From IMG/VR virus record IMGVR_UViG_3300047159_000046: 64,000 nt of DNA. The stretch is one strand, 5' to 3'. The position numbers and the translations under genes were made by a program. Positions within the stretch are counted from its first letter, which is position 1. Each line of letters begins with the position of its first letter. This document shows positions 21,129-31,042 of the stretch, piece by piece. The DNA is from a virus. Its lineage: Duplodnaviria; Caudoviricetes. The notes under the pieces are model-generated. The model ran no database searches. It was not told the origin of the DNA and saw only the letters and a program-made list of their open reading frames with translations.

Positions 21129-22292
21129 TTAATTTGCGTACTTGTTATTCAGATAGCAAGGCATCAACATTGCAAAATCTATCTTTTCACCCTCAATACA
21201 TACGGCTCTGTTTGAATAGGACATATTCAATTTGATGTTTGATTTTTTAGGATATGAACTTACAATTTGATTTAATGCTTTCAAAGTGAAACGTATCTGA
21301 TATTCTCCTATTTCATTGTTTAGAATAGGTACGTTTGTGGACTTTTGATTTTCATCCGCAATATTGCTGATTCTTAAATTGTTGTCTGCAATATCGAAAG
21401 TAAGTTGATGGTCATCCAAATTTTTGTCGGTATATCCTTTTAATGCTTTCAAAAGCGCATCAACACTCAAAGTGATACTCTTTGTGTCGTCCTTTGGTAT
21501 TACCAATTCCACGTTTGGAAAATGTTCGTTTGCATCAACAAGAATACTATATGATAACAATTCTGTTTCTCCGTCATAAATCGTGAACACAAAATTTTCT
21601 GTATCTCTTTTGTCCACTGCAATACGGCTAATTTCCATTCGGTCGTATTTGTCAAATTTGGTGATAAGTTTGCATACTTGATTAGGTATTGTTATTTCTT
21701 TGTAGTCCTCATCCAAAGAAACGCTCTCAATATCATTTATCGCCAACACATGGGCATCAGTGGCGGTCATCTTTATCTTTTCGTCCTTTGCTCTGAAAAT
21801 ATCAACACAACACATTATAGGTCGGCTCATATCGTCCGAAACATACGAAGAAAAAAATGTTTTTATTTTGTCGCTCAATTCGGCATCTTTGATAGTACAA
21901 ACACTTTGGCTGATTTTGTCCTCTGCCAATATTTTAAAATGATTGATGTTACCAATTTTTATCTGCATATTCTCTGATTCCATATCCAATATTTCATCAT
22001 ACATACGCATATTAACTTCGGACTTGTTTGATAGAGCCGATACAAAATCATACAATGTATCAAAACCTATCACGGCATCCAAAATGTTTGAATTGGCATC
22101 CAACTCACATTTTGCCGTATTCAAGATATATCTTGCATTGTCTTTGCGGTCTTGCAAACGACAAACGCCATCTTTGTCTATAATCAGTTCACATTCTTTT
22201 GCCTCTTTGTTATTGTTGTCTTTCAACACAATATTCAAAGATTTTACTGCGCTTTTCAACTCCTTTGAAGAAATTTTTACACTTGTTGTCAT
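21129..22292 (-). CDS. dnaN: DNA polymerase III beta sliding clamp homologue
   Basis: SDDMSRPIMCCV, MTATDAHVLA, FPNVELVIP and C-terminal MLMP motifs; 387 aa. Confidence 0.85.
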   Translation of the reverse strand: MTTSVKISSKELKSAVKSLNIVLKDNNNKEAKECELIIDKDGVCRLQDRKDNARYILNTAKCELDANSNILDAVIGFDTLYDFVSALSNKSEVNMRMYDEILDMESENMQIKIGNINHFKILAEDKISQSVCTIKDAELSDKIKTFFSSYVSDDMSRPIMCCVDIFRAKDEKIKMTATDAHVLAINDIESVSLDEDYKEITIPNQVCKLITKFDKYDRMEISRIAVDKRDTENFVFTIYDGETELLSYSILVDANEHFPNVELVIPKDDTKSITLSVDALLKALKGYTDKNLDDHQLTFDIADNNLRISNIADENQKSTNVPILNNEIGEYQIRFTLKALNQIVSSYPKKSNIKLNMSYSNRAVCIEGEKIDFAMLMPCYLNNKYAN

Positions 22293-22470
22293 AACTTTTT
22301 TATTTAGTTTATAATGTTTATTTGTTGTCTTTCAACACAGCAAAGATACATATAATTTTTGATATACCAAACTATTTGCTGATTTTTTTTGAATTAAAAT
22401 GAAAAAATAAAGTTTTCAACAATTAATAAAATTTAACTTAAAAAACTTGCATTGTTCATAACAATTTTTT

Positions 22471-22662
22471 AAAAAAGTGCGTGTGTTGTCTTCTCCTTCC
22501 CAGCATGATAACTTTATAACACTCATGACGTATCGTTCTACCACCTTTTTGTTTGTTCGGGTGTGATGCCGTTTCCCGAAATATCTTTGCCTTTTTGTGT
22601 GGCTGTTAGTTTATGTTGTGTTCATATCGTTTGTGTTTTTAGTTTAACTTGTTTCCTTTAAC
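22471..22662 (-). ncRNA. Structured ncRNA family, copy 6 (most diverged)
   Basis: Stem CATGA/TCATG replaces AATAG/CTATT around the same loop; MNTT* mini-ORF. Confidence 0.75.
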
Positions 22663-22792
22663 ACTACAAAGATACGCATAAATTTATACACTTCCAAATC
22701 TTTTGCAGATTATTTTCAAGAATATTTTAAACACAAAAAAGCGTACGACTTTCACAAGCCATACGCTCCCGTAATTAAAACAACAAACTAAA

Positions 22793-23143
22793 CTAAAAAT
22801 CAAAAGCTATGTATTTTTCGGCAATTTCTGCTTCCCGTATTGTTTCTTTGTCGCAATTAAGGAACATATCATTGTCGGAAGGTGCAATCTGTCTGTAAAA
22901 GTCAATCAGAGCGTTGTCATTGTCGTAATCTACTATCACGTCATACATATCAACACTTGATATATCAACTCCGTCCGCCACGGCATACTCGATGAGGCTT
23001 TCTATGTATCTATCAAAAAAGCGTTTTGTCTTTTCTGCATCTATGTTCAAAGTGTTTCTATAATCAGAAACGTCCAATGAATTGATAACGACCTCTCTCC
23101 GTAATTGTTTCAATTCTGCCGATGTCATATTTCTTTTTGCCAT
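22793..23143 (-). CDS. Family D acidic early protein
   Basis: Paralogue of 12310..12627. Confidence 0.75.
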   Translation of the reverse strand: MAKRNMTSAELKQLRREVVINSLDVSDYRNTLNIDAEKTKRFFDRYIESLIEYAVADGVDISSVDMYDVIVDYDNDNALIDFYRQIAPSDNDMFLNCDKETIREAEIAEKYIAFDF

Positions 23144-23220
23144 AATGATAATGTTTTTTGTATGTATTCTAAATTTATTGTTGTCGCACCCGTATATGTA
23201 CGGGTACTGAAATTAGTATG

Positions 23221-23697
23221 TTATAATATATCTGAGGGTTGCATTTCGTTCATCACAATAATCTTTGCAAATAGCTGTTTTGTCTTAACAAGCGTGATAT
23301 CCTTTTGATAAAATACATACCTATCTTTGATAGTGTAAACCTTGTCTCCGATATGTACCGCAAAACGGGTGAGGAAATCTTTGCCTTTTGAGGTTTCTAT
23401 ATTGTCTATTTTGCCACAAATAGCCATCCAATCCTTGTCGGCTAATGAGGTGATTTTGATATAGTTTCCACACTCGCCACCCCTTGGCGCATCATTTCCC
23501 GTTTCGTACTTGATATTCATTTCTTGCAATAAGGACAAATACTTGTTGGTATTGTTGATATTGCGTGAGTGTCTGCCATTGTGTCGGCATGATACGGGAC
23601 GGAATATCCCGTTTGACAAACCAAGCACCCAATTATGGATATCTTGATATACGTTGTCGTTTTTGGTGATGTGCAACTTCTTTGCTGCATCAATCAT
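23221..23697 (-). CDS. Hypothetical protein (GNDAPRGG motif)
   Basis: 158-aa ORF; start uncertain. Confidence 0.65.
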   Translation of the reverse strand: MIDAAKKLHITKNDNVYQDIHNWVLGLSNGIFRPVSCRHNGRHSRNINNTNKYLSLLQEMNIKYETGNDAPRGGECGNYIKITSLADKDWMAICGKIDNIETSKGKDFLTRFAVHIGDKVYTIKDRYVFYQKDITLVKTKQLFAKIIVMNEMQPSDIL

Positions 23698-24338
23698 TTT
23701 CTGCTCTAGTTCTTGTTTTTTATTTACACTGATACGAATTATTTTTGATGCCGTTTAATAGTCACTTTGATAGAGTATGAACCATCGTCCTCGTTCAAAG
23801 CTATTTGTTTTGCACCATTCTCCTTTGGCAATCTGAATACTTGCTCCGTTAATGTATTGTCAAAATAGTCTTCTAAGGTGGAGAAAGGTATTAGCTCCTC
23901 ATCCGCATTGACTAAGAATTGTTTTTGATTATCACTGATTTACATTTGAATTTTGCCAATACTTTTTGAGATTCTGCCTCAATCTCAATCAGACAGCACT
24001 CATTGTTGAATATCTTAATAAATCTGAACTCTCCATTTTCATGCTTGTAGAAGAAATAACAAGGTGTAACATAATCTACGTTTTCGTCAAACACATATTC
24101 AATAATAGTTATTTCTTTTTTAATCTGCAAATAATATCATTGATTTTTTTCCGAAAGCCTATTGTGCGTTTTTTAACATTTGTTCACACAATACACATCC
24201 AAAAAAAAGGATGACCACATTTCTGTGACCATCCCTTCAAACAACTTTTAAACTATTAAAACATTAAATGGCAATTATATTGTGCGTTTTTTTTTGTTTA
24301 CCAAGACTTGACCATCCCTTCAAACAACTTTTAAACTA

Positions 24339-25169
24339 TTAAAACATTAAATGGCAATTATATTTTTTCAGTTCGTCTATATGACCTACAAATAGTGGCA
24401 ATAAGTAGCGTTCCCAAATAGTCCTCAAATAGTGAGAAAGCAAGTCTATATTATGAAATTCATCCTCTGTATAGCTATATGTATAGTTATTAATCAAACT
24501 CTCTGCATTCAACTTAAAATTCTCTGGGTCGTGACAAATTGCTGTATACAAAGCATCAATAACACAATCTCTAATATCCTCCAAAGAACTATCAATGGTT
24601 ATATTTTCGTTGTCGTGAATATCGACTGCATATCTTTGCAGATAGTTCTTTCCTACCTTTGTCAAGAACTCAGATATGTTGTCTCTGTATTCCTCATCCG
24701 ATACGACTGATAGTGCCAAATCAAGTGCCTCACAATCCTCATCAGATAAATTGTCGCATTTGCCTTTTGAAATAATAACATGATTTTCATCGCTGTTATC
24801 CATGTAATATTTGTCGGTCAGTCCCTCTCTTACTTTTCCACTTTCGATAAGTCGTAGTTTGTCATCATATAGGGTGAACATATCACTTTGTTCCACTACA
24901 ACATATTTTTTATTGGGACTGCAAACAATTTTCCATGCACTCATACATTTGACGCACTCCAATTCTTCCTTGGCATCTTTTCGATAATAGAAAAGCGCAT
25001 CACAAACGCCGTCATGGGCAATAACCCACTTGTCGCTGTAAGCAACAATTCCTCGAACCCAATTGGGCATCATTATTTTATTGGCATCATACAACATATT
25101 GTATACTCTGCCCTCGAACTCGCTTAGTTTGGAAATTACTTCCACTTTTGTTAAATCAATTGTCTCCAT
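24339..25169 (-). CDS. Hypothetical early protein
   Basis: Start trimmed to METIDL downstream of the promoter at ~25216. Confidence 0.75.
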   Translation of the reverse strand: METIDLTKVEVISKLSEFEGRVYNMLYDANKIMMPNWVRGIVAYSDKWVIAHDGVCDALFYYRKDAKEELECVKCMSAWKIVCSPNKKYVVVEQSDMFTLYDDKLRLIESGKVREGLTDKYYMDNSDENHVIISKGKCDNLSDEDCEALDLALSVVSDEEYRDNISEFLTKVGKNYLQRYAVDIHDNENITIDSSLEDIRDCVIDALYTAICHDPENFKLNAESLINNYTYSYTEDEFHNIDLLSHYLRTIWERYLLPLFVGHIDELKKYNCHLMF

Positions 25170-25234
25170 TTTACTTTTGTTTTTAGTTTTTTTATTCTTG
25201 TTTCCTTTAACGCTACAAAGATACAACTTTATTT

Positions 25235-25600
25235 TTAATTCTCCAAATTTTTATTCAATTTTTTTATTCTTTGCTGATATTCTTCCCAACCTTTTACATT
25301 GGCGACTTTTAAGGTCACCTCTCTTTTGAACATATCTCCCTCTCTTGAAACTATAGATAGGTAGATGGTTATTTCAAATTTCTCTCTGTCTTGTCTGAAA
25401 GGATTTTCAGATACAAACGCATCAATGAACTCAGATACATTATACATGGGAATCATTGTCTCCAATGTATTCAGAGGACTTGCTAAAAATAATTCTGCAT
25501 TTGCTTTTGTTGGGGTGCTCTCCGTATAAATGATTGAGCCTTTACATTCAGCAATAATGTTTTTTAGCTCGCTTTCGGTAATTCTCATTTGTTGTGTCAT
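25235..25600 (-). CDS. Hypothetical protein with MRITESELKNIIAE N-terminus
   Basis: ORF with a host-type promoter at ~25631. Confidence 0.7.
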   Translation of the reverse strand: MTQQMRITESELKNIIAECKGSIIYTESTPTKANAELFLASPLNTLETMIPMYNVSEFIDAFVSENPFRQDREKFEITIYLSIVSREGDMFKREVTLKVANVKGWEEYQQRIKKLNKNLEN

Positions 25601-25757
25601 AATTGATAATGTTTAATTGTTTTACACTTGCAAAGATACATATAATTTTTGAACTGCCAAACTTTTTGCCGATTTTTTTACAAAAAAAATAGCCGACTTT
25701 CGCAAGCCAGCTATTTTCCAACTAAATCAAAAGTTATGAAAAAAAATCTTTTCTATA

Positions 25758-26225
25758 TCAATAATTTGCGCCATACACCTCATCCACAAGATGCAACAGC
25801 GTATCATTCTTTTTGATGCTTGTTATAAGCAGATACATTATTACAATGTAGTCGTAATCGGGTCGGTTCTTTTGCCATAATGACTCTATCAATATATCAT
25901 CATTCTTGACTCCGAAAGCTGCCCCCAAATGTTTCTCTATCAGCTCCTCCTTTTCTTTGTCTCCAATGCGGTTGAGAATATAGTCTGCGGTAGAACATAC
26001 GATATCATAATCGAACTTGATATCATTGTTGTCTACATCTATCTCAACCGAACATATATGCTCCTTGTTGATGCTCTCCACCCAAATGCGGTCGGATGCC
26101 ATTTTCATGCTTGTCGCATCTTCCAAGAATATCTCAAGCTCATTAAAATCAGATATTCCCGTTTCTATTGCCAAGTCCTCAATAAGGTTCTTGCACTTTG
26201 TCTCATCAAAATTTGTCTTGTTCAT
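25758..26225 (-). CDS. Acidic hypothetical protein
   Basis: ORF with its own promoter and terminator. Confidence 0.75.
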   Translation of the reverse strand: MNKTNFDETKCKNLIEDLAIETGISDFNELEIFLEDATSMKMASDRIWVESINKEHICSVEIDVDNNDIKFDYDIVCSTADYILNRIGDKEKEELIEKHLGAAFGVKNDDILIESLWQKNRPDYDYIVIMYLLITSIKKNDTLLHLVDEVYGANY

Positions 26226-26433
26226 AATATTGCTGTTTTGTTTTGTTGGGACAAAGATACATCAAAGATTTCAATTATCCAAATAATTTTTCAATTTTTT
26301 TTACACCCGTATATACGGATACTGATTTTGGTATTGGAGACTATACACACAAATGCGCCGAAACTTCACAGCCTCGGCGCATTCAACCAATTAAAAATTA
26401 TCAAAAAAATATATACAATAAAATTTACAAGAC

Positions 26434-26805
26434 TCAAATCTGAATTGAATATTTTTCAAGTTTAACAGCGACAGTGACATCAACCACTTTCTTGTCAAGC
26501 ATACCGAGTCTGTACGCTCCCTCTTCCTCTGCTGATATCTTCTTTCCGTTCTCGTCTGAAAGATATTCGGCAACATAGCATCTTTCCGCCTTGTCGTACT
26601 TCCACCAAAAAGAGAATTTGTTTCCCGTCTGTTCTGAAAGTTTGCGCTCGCACTCTTCAAGGCACTCGCTCACTTTCTTTGACTTGTTGTCAAATACCAT
26701 GTTCTGACGTTTCATGTAACTGCCAGACTTCTGCAAGCCAGCATAAGCCAGTTTCACTCCTCCCATCGCCATCACTGCGGGAACGTACAATTGCTTGTTT
26801 ACCAT
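26434..26805 (-). CDS. Hypothetical protein
   Basis: ORF downstream of the promoter at ~26877; terminator at ~26353. Confidence 0.7.
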   Translation of the reverse strand: MVNKQLYVPAVMAMGGVKLAYAGLQKSGSYMKRQNMVFDNKSKKVSECLEECERKLSEQTGNKFSFWWKYDKAERCYVAEYLSDENGKKISAEEEGAYRLGMLDKKVVDVTVAVKLEKYSIQI

Positions 26806-26910
26806 ATTGCCTAAATATTACTCCTAAGGTGATTTGTATAAGGGCTTCACCTTTTGTCCCTGCCTCATCAGCGATACAAAGATACGCCAAATATTTGAAC
26901 TATCCAAATA

Positions 26911-27420
26911 TTATTGCAGTTTTTTCATATTTATTTTTTCCTTTATTCTGAAACTAAGGTTTTTGTAGCCGTAATTCCACAAGGGAAACCTCATATATAT
27001 ATAGTGGGCATCAAGTATCTCCCTTGCCACCTTGTCGTATCTGTTCAACGGCGTTTTATATATGTAAAAATAGAAACCTCCGAGATGGTTATATACGTCT
27101 GCGTTGAATTCTATCGGCTGTCCACAGTCTGTCCGCATATACACTGGAACATACTCCCGTTCCGTTCCGTAGTCCATTTCGGAGCACACAATCATTGAGC
27201 CAGTATATACCGATACCTTGATGCTGCTGTCCTGTCCCATCATGACGGTCATTGTATATCCGTCTTTGTCCAGCTCGGCTATTCTGACCGCCCTCGCACT
27301 TCCTGCGTCACGCTCCATATAATATCCCCATTCCTGTATTCCTGAATTGGCGGATATATATCCTCCGACAAGCAGGAACAGAAAGGTGACAATGATCGTG
27401 ACAAATGTTTTGTTCTTCAT
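26911..27420 (-). CDS. Exported or membrane-anchored protein
   Basis: N-terminal hydrophobic signal/anchor. Confidence 0.7.
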   Translation of the reverse strand: MKNKTFVTIIVTFLFLLVGGYISANSGIQEWGYYMERDAGSARAVRIAELDKDGYTMTVMMGQDSSIKVSVYTGSMIVCSEMDYGTEREYVPVYMRTDCGQPIEFNADVYNHLGGFYFYIYKTPLNRYDKVAREILDAHYIYMRFPLWNYGYKNLSFRIKEKINMKKLQ

Positions 27421-27661
27421 ATATGATTCTTATTTTTGTTGGCAAATATAAATGTTCTTTCTTTCAAATCCAAACAATTCTGCTGATAATTTCGTTTTTG
27501 CACTCGTATTAACGGGTACTGATATCAGTATATATATAATGTATGGTCACAATAAAGCCTCACCACTTGAGCAAAAGTGTGATGAGGCCTCAACTACTAT
27601 TATATTACATAAAACATCAAAAGCCAATTAGTTTTTACGGCTGTGACCATATTAGTTTTTA

Positions 27662-28228
27662 TCACGCACCATACTTCTTGTACTTGTATTTATTGTTGTA
27701 GGCGTCATGGAACAGACGTACCAGCAGCTGCAGATCGTAGTTGGAATAGTCCGTTTCCATATTCATTGTACATATCATCTTGTCTCCGCTGTCCATCAGG
27801 ATAACCGACTGGTCCCCGTCATAGACAATCTTGGATATCTGTTCTCCGTGATACTTCTCCTCCCTGTCCAGTTTCATCTCCGTGCATATATTAAGCTGTC
27901 TGGCCAGTTCGATGACAATAAGGAATCCAGCCATCTGGCGTTCCTCTGGAAAATTGTCGTCGTCTTTTGACGTTTCGTCTATACGCTCTATCAGATCCTC
28001 GTCATAACTGTTCAGATTGGAATGGGTGAACAGTGTCTTCGGAGTCATCCTGGTAAAGAAATTGAAATAGTATACGGTCACCACGGTCATGATAGCCACT
28101 CCCATTATAAGGCATGTGTTCTCATCCAGATCTGTAAGATATCTGAACTTGGAATTTACCGCCACTGTATATCCTATCATCAGGAGCAGAATGAACGTTA
28201 TTATATGTTGTATTATTGATTTCAGCAT
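27662..28228 (-). CDS. Membrane protein
   Basis: Two N-terminal transmembrane segments. Confidence 0.7.
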   Translation of the reverse strand: MLKSIIQHIITFILLLMIGYTVAVNSKFRYLTDLDENTCLIMGVAIMTVVTVYYFNFFTRMTPKTLFTHSNLNSYDEDLIERIDETSKDDDNFPEERQMAGFLIVIELARQLNICTEMKLDREEKYHGEQISKIVYDGDQSVILMDSGDKMICTMNMETDYSNYDLQLLVRLFHDAYNNKYKYKKYGA

Positions 28229-28372
28229 AATCGTTGTGTTGTGTTTATAAATTGCGTACGTGTAATGCGGGTACTGAATTTAGTATCTGCACGATTGCAT
28301 GTCGCACTTCGTTTTTATGGCTTATCCCGATTGACACCATGGCTATAATGGCCTGTGCCATGATGATCTGTT

Positions 28373-28684
28373 TTATTTTCCGCATATCAGGATCATCAGG
28401 TTGCCCAGTCTGGTATCATTCATTTTCACAAGGACACATCCGTCCGTTTCAACCAGAGGCTCACAGTCCTCGAACAGGCCAATCATTCTGGTCCGTTCGG
28501 TTCCCTCCACCATATCTACCGATGAGGCTCCCTTTGCCAGCCGTTCAAGACTGGACTTTTTCAGATCCTCGTTACTGTCCACTTGAAGCCATACGGTAGG
28601 ATCCTCCTCGTTGGCGATATAGGAGTCGCTGTTCAAACGGCCCATAAACTCTTTTGTTGTCATCTTCTCTTTTAATTGCGCCAC
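28373..28684 (-). CDS. Hypothetical protein
   Basis: ORF downstream of the promoter at ~28727. Confidence 0.65.
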   Translation of the reverse strand: MAQLKEKMTTKEFMGRLNSDSYIANEEDPTVWLQVDSNEDLKKSSLERLAKGASSVDMVEGTERTRMIGLFEDCEPLVETDGCVLVKMNDTRLGNLMILICGK

Positions 28685-28796
28685 AGAATGTTAACGGCTG
28701 AGGCTTCCGCTCTAAATTCAACGATACAAAGATATATATAATATTTCAATTATCCAAATATAATATCAAAAAAAATTATAAAGAAATGTTTTTATA

Positions 28797-29786
28797 TTAT
28801 ATTGGATCATCCAGCACATTGTTCTTATACTCGAACGCCCCGAAATTCGTGAGCGTCTTATATACAGCCAGCACTTTAAGTTTATCAGCTCCCTCCCAGA
28901 GTCCAGCATGAATGGTATTCCAAACGGAATCGTTGTCAAACGGCATGACCACAAATACGGGAGCGGGTTTATTCATATCAAAATCAACGAACCAGATTTT
29001 CCCGTTCTCATCAATATTGACTCCGTCATATTTCTTTGCTGATATCTGTTTCAGTCCTTCCTCTACACTTATCCGCTCTATCTTTGCAAACTCCCCACGC
29101 CAGTCCCCCTCATCACAATTCTTGTTGTCATGTGTCTTGTCATAACTCTTCGCCACGTGGATAACAAAAGAATCAAACGGTACATCTGCAAAATCGTCAT
29201 CTTCTGGAACGGCAGCAAGAGCCTCATCGCTTATCTCCTTTTCCACGCCTGTATGTACGGGTACTGAATTTAGTATGTGGTCACAGTCCGCATTTTCACT
29301 GCCAGCCAGCTTAATCCGCAATTTCTGAAAGCCAGCAAGACGTGACTTGAACAGTTCGTTCGTATCATCGAAATGCCGAATATACTGTTCAAGCGTAGCT
29401 TGATGTTCCCGTATGATGGAGCATCCTCTTTTGTACGCATGAATGTTGGCGTCAAGTCTGGCCAGCCGAATTCCTTTGGCCTCATCAAACTTGTCCTGAC
29501 GGCTGCATTTGGCTCTTCCCATAACATAGAACTCGCATGTCCCGTCACCGTTGAACACCACACCCCTGTGGTGAAGCCTCATCGTGCTGTCCACCGAATA
29601 TTCATTCTTATGCTTGATGAACAGGTGACCGTAACATGACAAGTCAATGGTACATTTATAACATACAGAAACCTCCCTTTGAGACAATATCTCAGGACTT
29701 CCGCACTCTTTCATTTTTATGCGGATATTGTTCATATCGCTGCCCATATATAAATCACTCTTTTCTTTGTTCATCTTGTTGCTCAT
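28797..29786 (-). CDS. Phage protein with AKCxxxDxFDxxxG domain
   Basis: GRAKCSRQDKFDEAKGIRLA; the same motif occurs in 54000..54431. Confidence 0.75.
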   Translation of the reverse strand: MSNKMNKEKSDLYMGSDMNNIRIKMKECGSPEILSQREVSVCYKCTIDLSCYGHLFIKHKNEYSVDSTMRLHHRGVVFNGDGTCEFYVMGRAKCSRQDKFDEAKGIRLARLDANIHAYKRGCSIIREHQATLEQYIRHFDDTNELFKSRLAGFQKLRIKLAGSENADCDHILNSVPVHTGVEKEISDEALAAVPEDDDFADVPFDSFVIHVAKSYDKTHDNKNCDEGDWRGEFAKIERISVEEGLKQISAKKYDGVNIDENGKIWFVDFDMNKPAPVFVVMPFDNDSVWNTIHAGLWEGADKLKVLAVYKTLTNFGAFEYKNNVLDDPI

Positions 29787-30247
29787 ATTTTTTTAAAATA
29801 GATGTTCTTTTTATCTGACCTGCAGTATGTCTGGCATGAGCCGACATAGTCCGCAACTGGAACCCAGTCGTAATGGTTGAGATTGTAATCGTTGCATGTA
29901 TCATTGAACACACAGTCCTTGCACCTGTCATAATCGTCTTTGCCAGTCCATTCGGTCACTGTCACACGCAAAGCCTCATCGCCAAGCACAAGAACATCTC
30001 CAATAGCAGCCTCATCGGCAGGAGCCTTGTCCTCTTTCAGGAATACATCCGTATTGTCCGAACGGTCGTAATCGTTGCACTTCAACATGGCTATCGGAAG
30101 TTCAAGTTCGGAACTTACGTCAAATATCTTGCATAAACTGTGAAGCATGCACTTGTCACATCCTTTGCCATCATCCGACTTTTCAACCTTTCCCGAACGA
30201 AGCCCCACGGTAATCCTGTCTCCTGTTTTGTAATCTGTCATTCTCAT
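29783..30247 (-). CDS. Protein with two tandem Cys-rich (CxxC...C...RSD) modules
   Basis: GCDKC..C..RSDNTDVFLK and RCKDC..C..RSDKKNIYFK. Confidence 0.75.
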   Translation of the reverse strand: MRMTDYKTGDRITVGLRSGKVEKSDDGKGCDKCMLHSLCKIFDVSSELELPIAMLKCNDYDRSDNTDVFLKEDKAPADEAAIGDVLVLGDEALRVTVTEWTGKDDYDRCKDCVFNDTCNDYNLNHYDWVPVADYVGSCQTYCRSDKKNIYFKKI

Positions 30248-30523
30248 TTCCTATATGTTTTATGTTCGCTACAAAGATAATGATAATATTACATATATGC
30301 AAACAAAAAGTGCTGAAACTTTCACAAGCTCCAGCACTTTTCTGTTGATTGTCCTCTACGCCAAGCAGGCCTCAACCGTATTAAACGTGAATAAAAAATT
30401 TAACTACAAAAAAAATTAGTAAAAATGGTAAACTATAAATATCATCAATATTCATTGACACTACAAAGATAGTGTTTGTTTTTTATATATGCAAATTTTT
30501 TATCAATTATTTAAAAATTATTT

Positions 30524-31042
30524 TTAAAATCCGCAAAGATACACTTCTTTCAAAACATAGGTCCCGTGATTGTCCAGCCATGACACCATATCAATATCCG
30601 TCATGATGTTGTCAAGGTCGTTGTCAAACACGAACAGCACGTTGCTGTCAACGGATCCAATCTCATACGGAAGCATGGTGTTGATATCACGGAACATGTC
30701 ATACGCACTCCCACCCAATACGGTCTTGTCCATCATGTTCTGTACGGCATAGCTCAATCCGTCATGCAGCACTCTCAGATAATGCTGGTAGGCTTTTATG
30801 CCGAATGACTTGTCAATGGTCAGCAGGTTATTGATTGGGCTGATATGTATCATTCCTCCCATACCGCTGTTGTCATCCAGATACAGCACCGCTTCGGTCT
30901 GCTCTTTCGCATCGTCAATCCTGTCGGCTCTGGCGATTGACATCATCAACCCTTTCCCCTCGTTCACTATTCTGTCCTCGTTGATGAGGCTCTCTTTGTC
31001 CCTGTTCTCTGCGGAAACAATATGATACAAATATGTGTTCAT
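30524..31042 (-). CDS. Hypothetical protein
   Basis: 172-aa ORF with an A-rich leader. Confidence 0.7.
   Translation of the reverse strand: MNTYLYHIVSAENRDKESLINEDRIVNEGKGLMMSIARADRIDDAKEQTEAVLYLDDNSGMGGMIHISPINNLLTIDKSFGIKAYQHYLRVLHDGLSYAVQNMMDKTVLGGSAYDMFRDINTMLPYEIGSVDSNVLFVFDNDLDNIMTDIDMVSWLDNHGTYVLKEVYLCGF

Larger units (their letters stand above)
2328..29276 (+). repeat. Dispersed co-oriented palindromic site CGG-RTACT-N6-RGTAY (12 copies)
   Basis: Cores at 2328, 3007, 8255, 10385, 12771, 15553, 16766, 23204, 26319, 27516, 28271 and 29261. Confidence 0.8.
45..30500 (-). promoter_or_regulatory. Dozens of Bacteroidetes sigma-70 promoters (TTTG-N19-21-TAnnTTTG), roughly one per gene
   Basis: CAAAGATA/CAAAGGTA/CAAAGTTA followed about 20 bp later by CAAA on the + strand, upstream of nearly every minus-strand ORF. 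Confidence 0.85.

Noticed and set aside
24227-24365. ~55-bp direct duplication at the end of gene 24339
   Set aside because: It looks like a local duplication of the gene end and terminator, or an assembly slip, with no further structure.
12228-30342. Recurrent CTTTCACAAG motif as a novel element
   Set aside because: It is the GTGA/GCGA tetraloop cap of ordinary intrinsic terminators on the minus strand.
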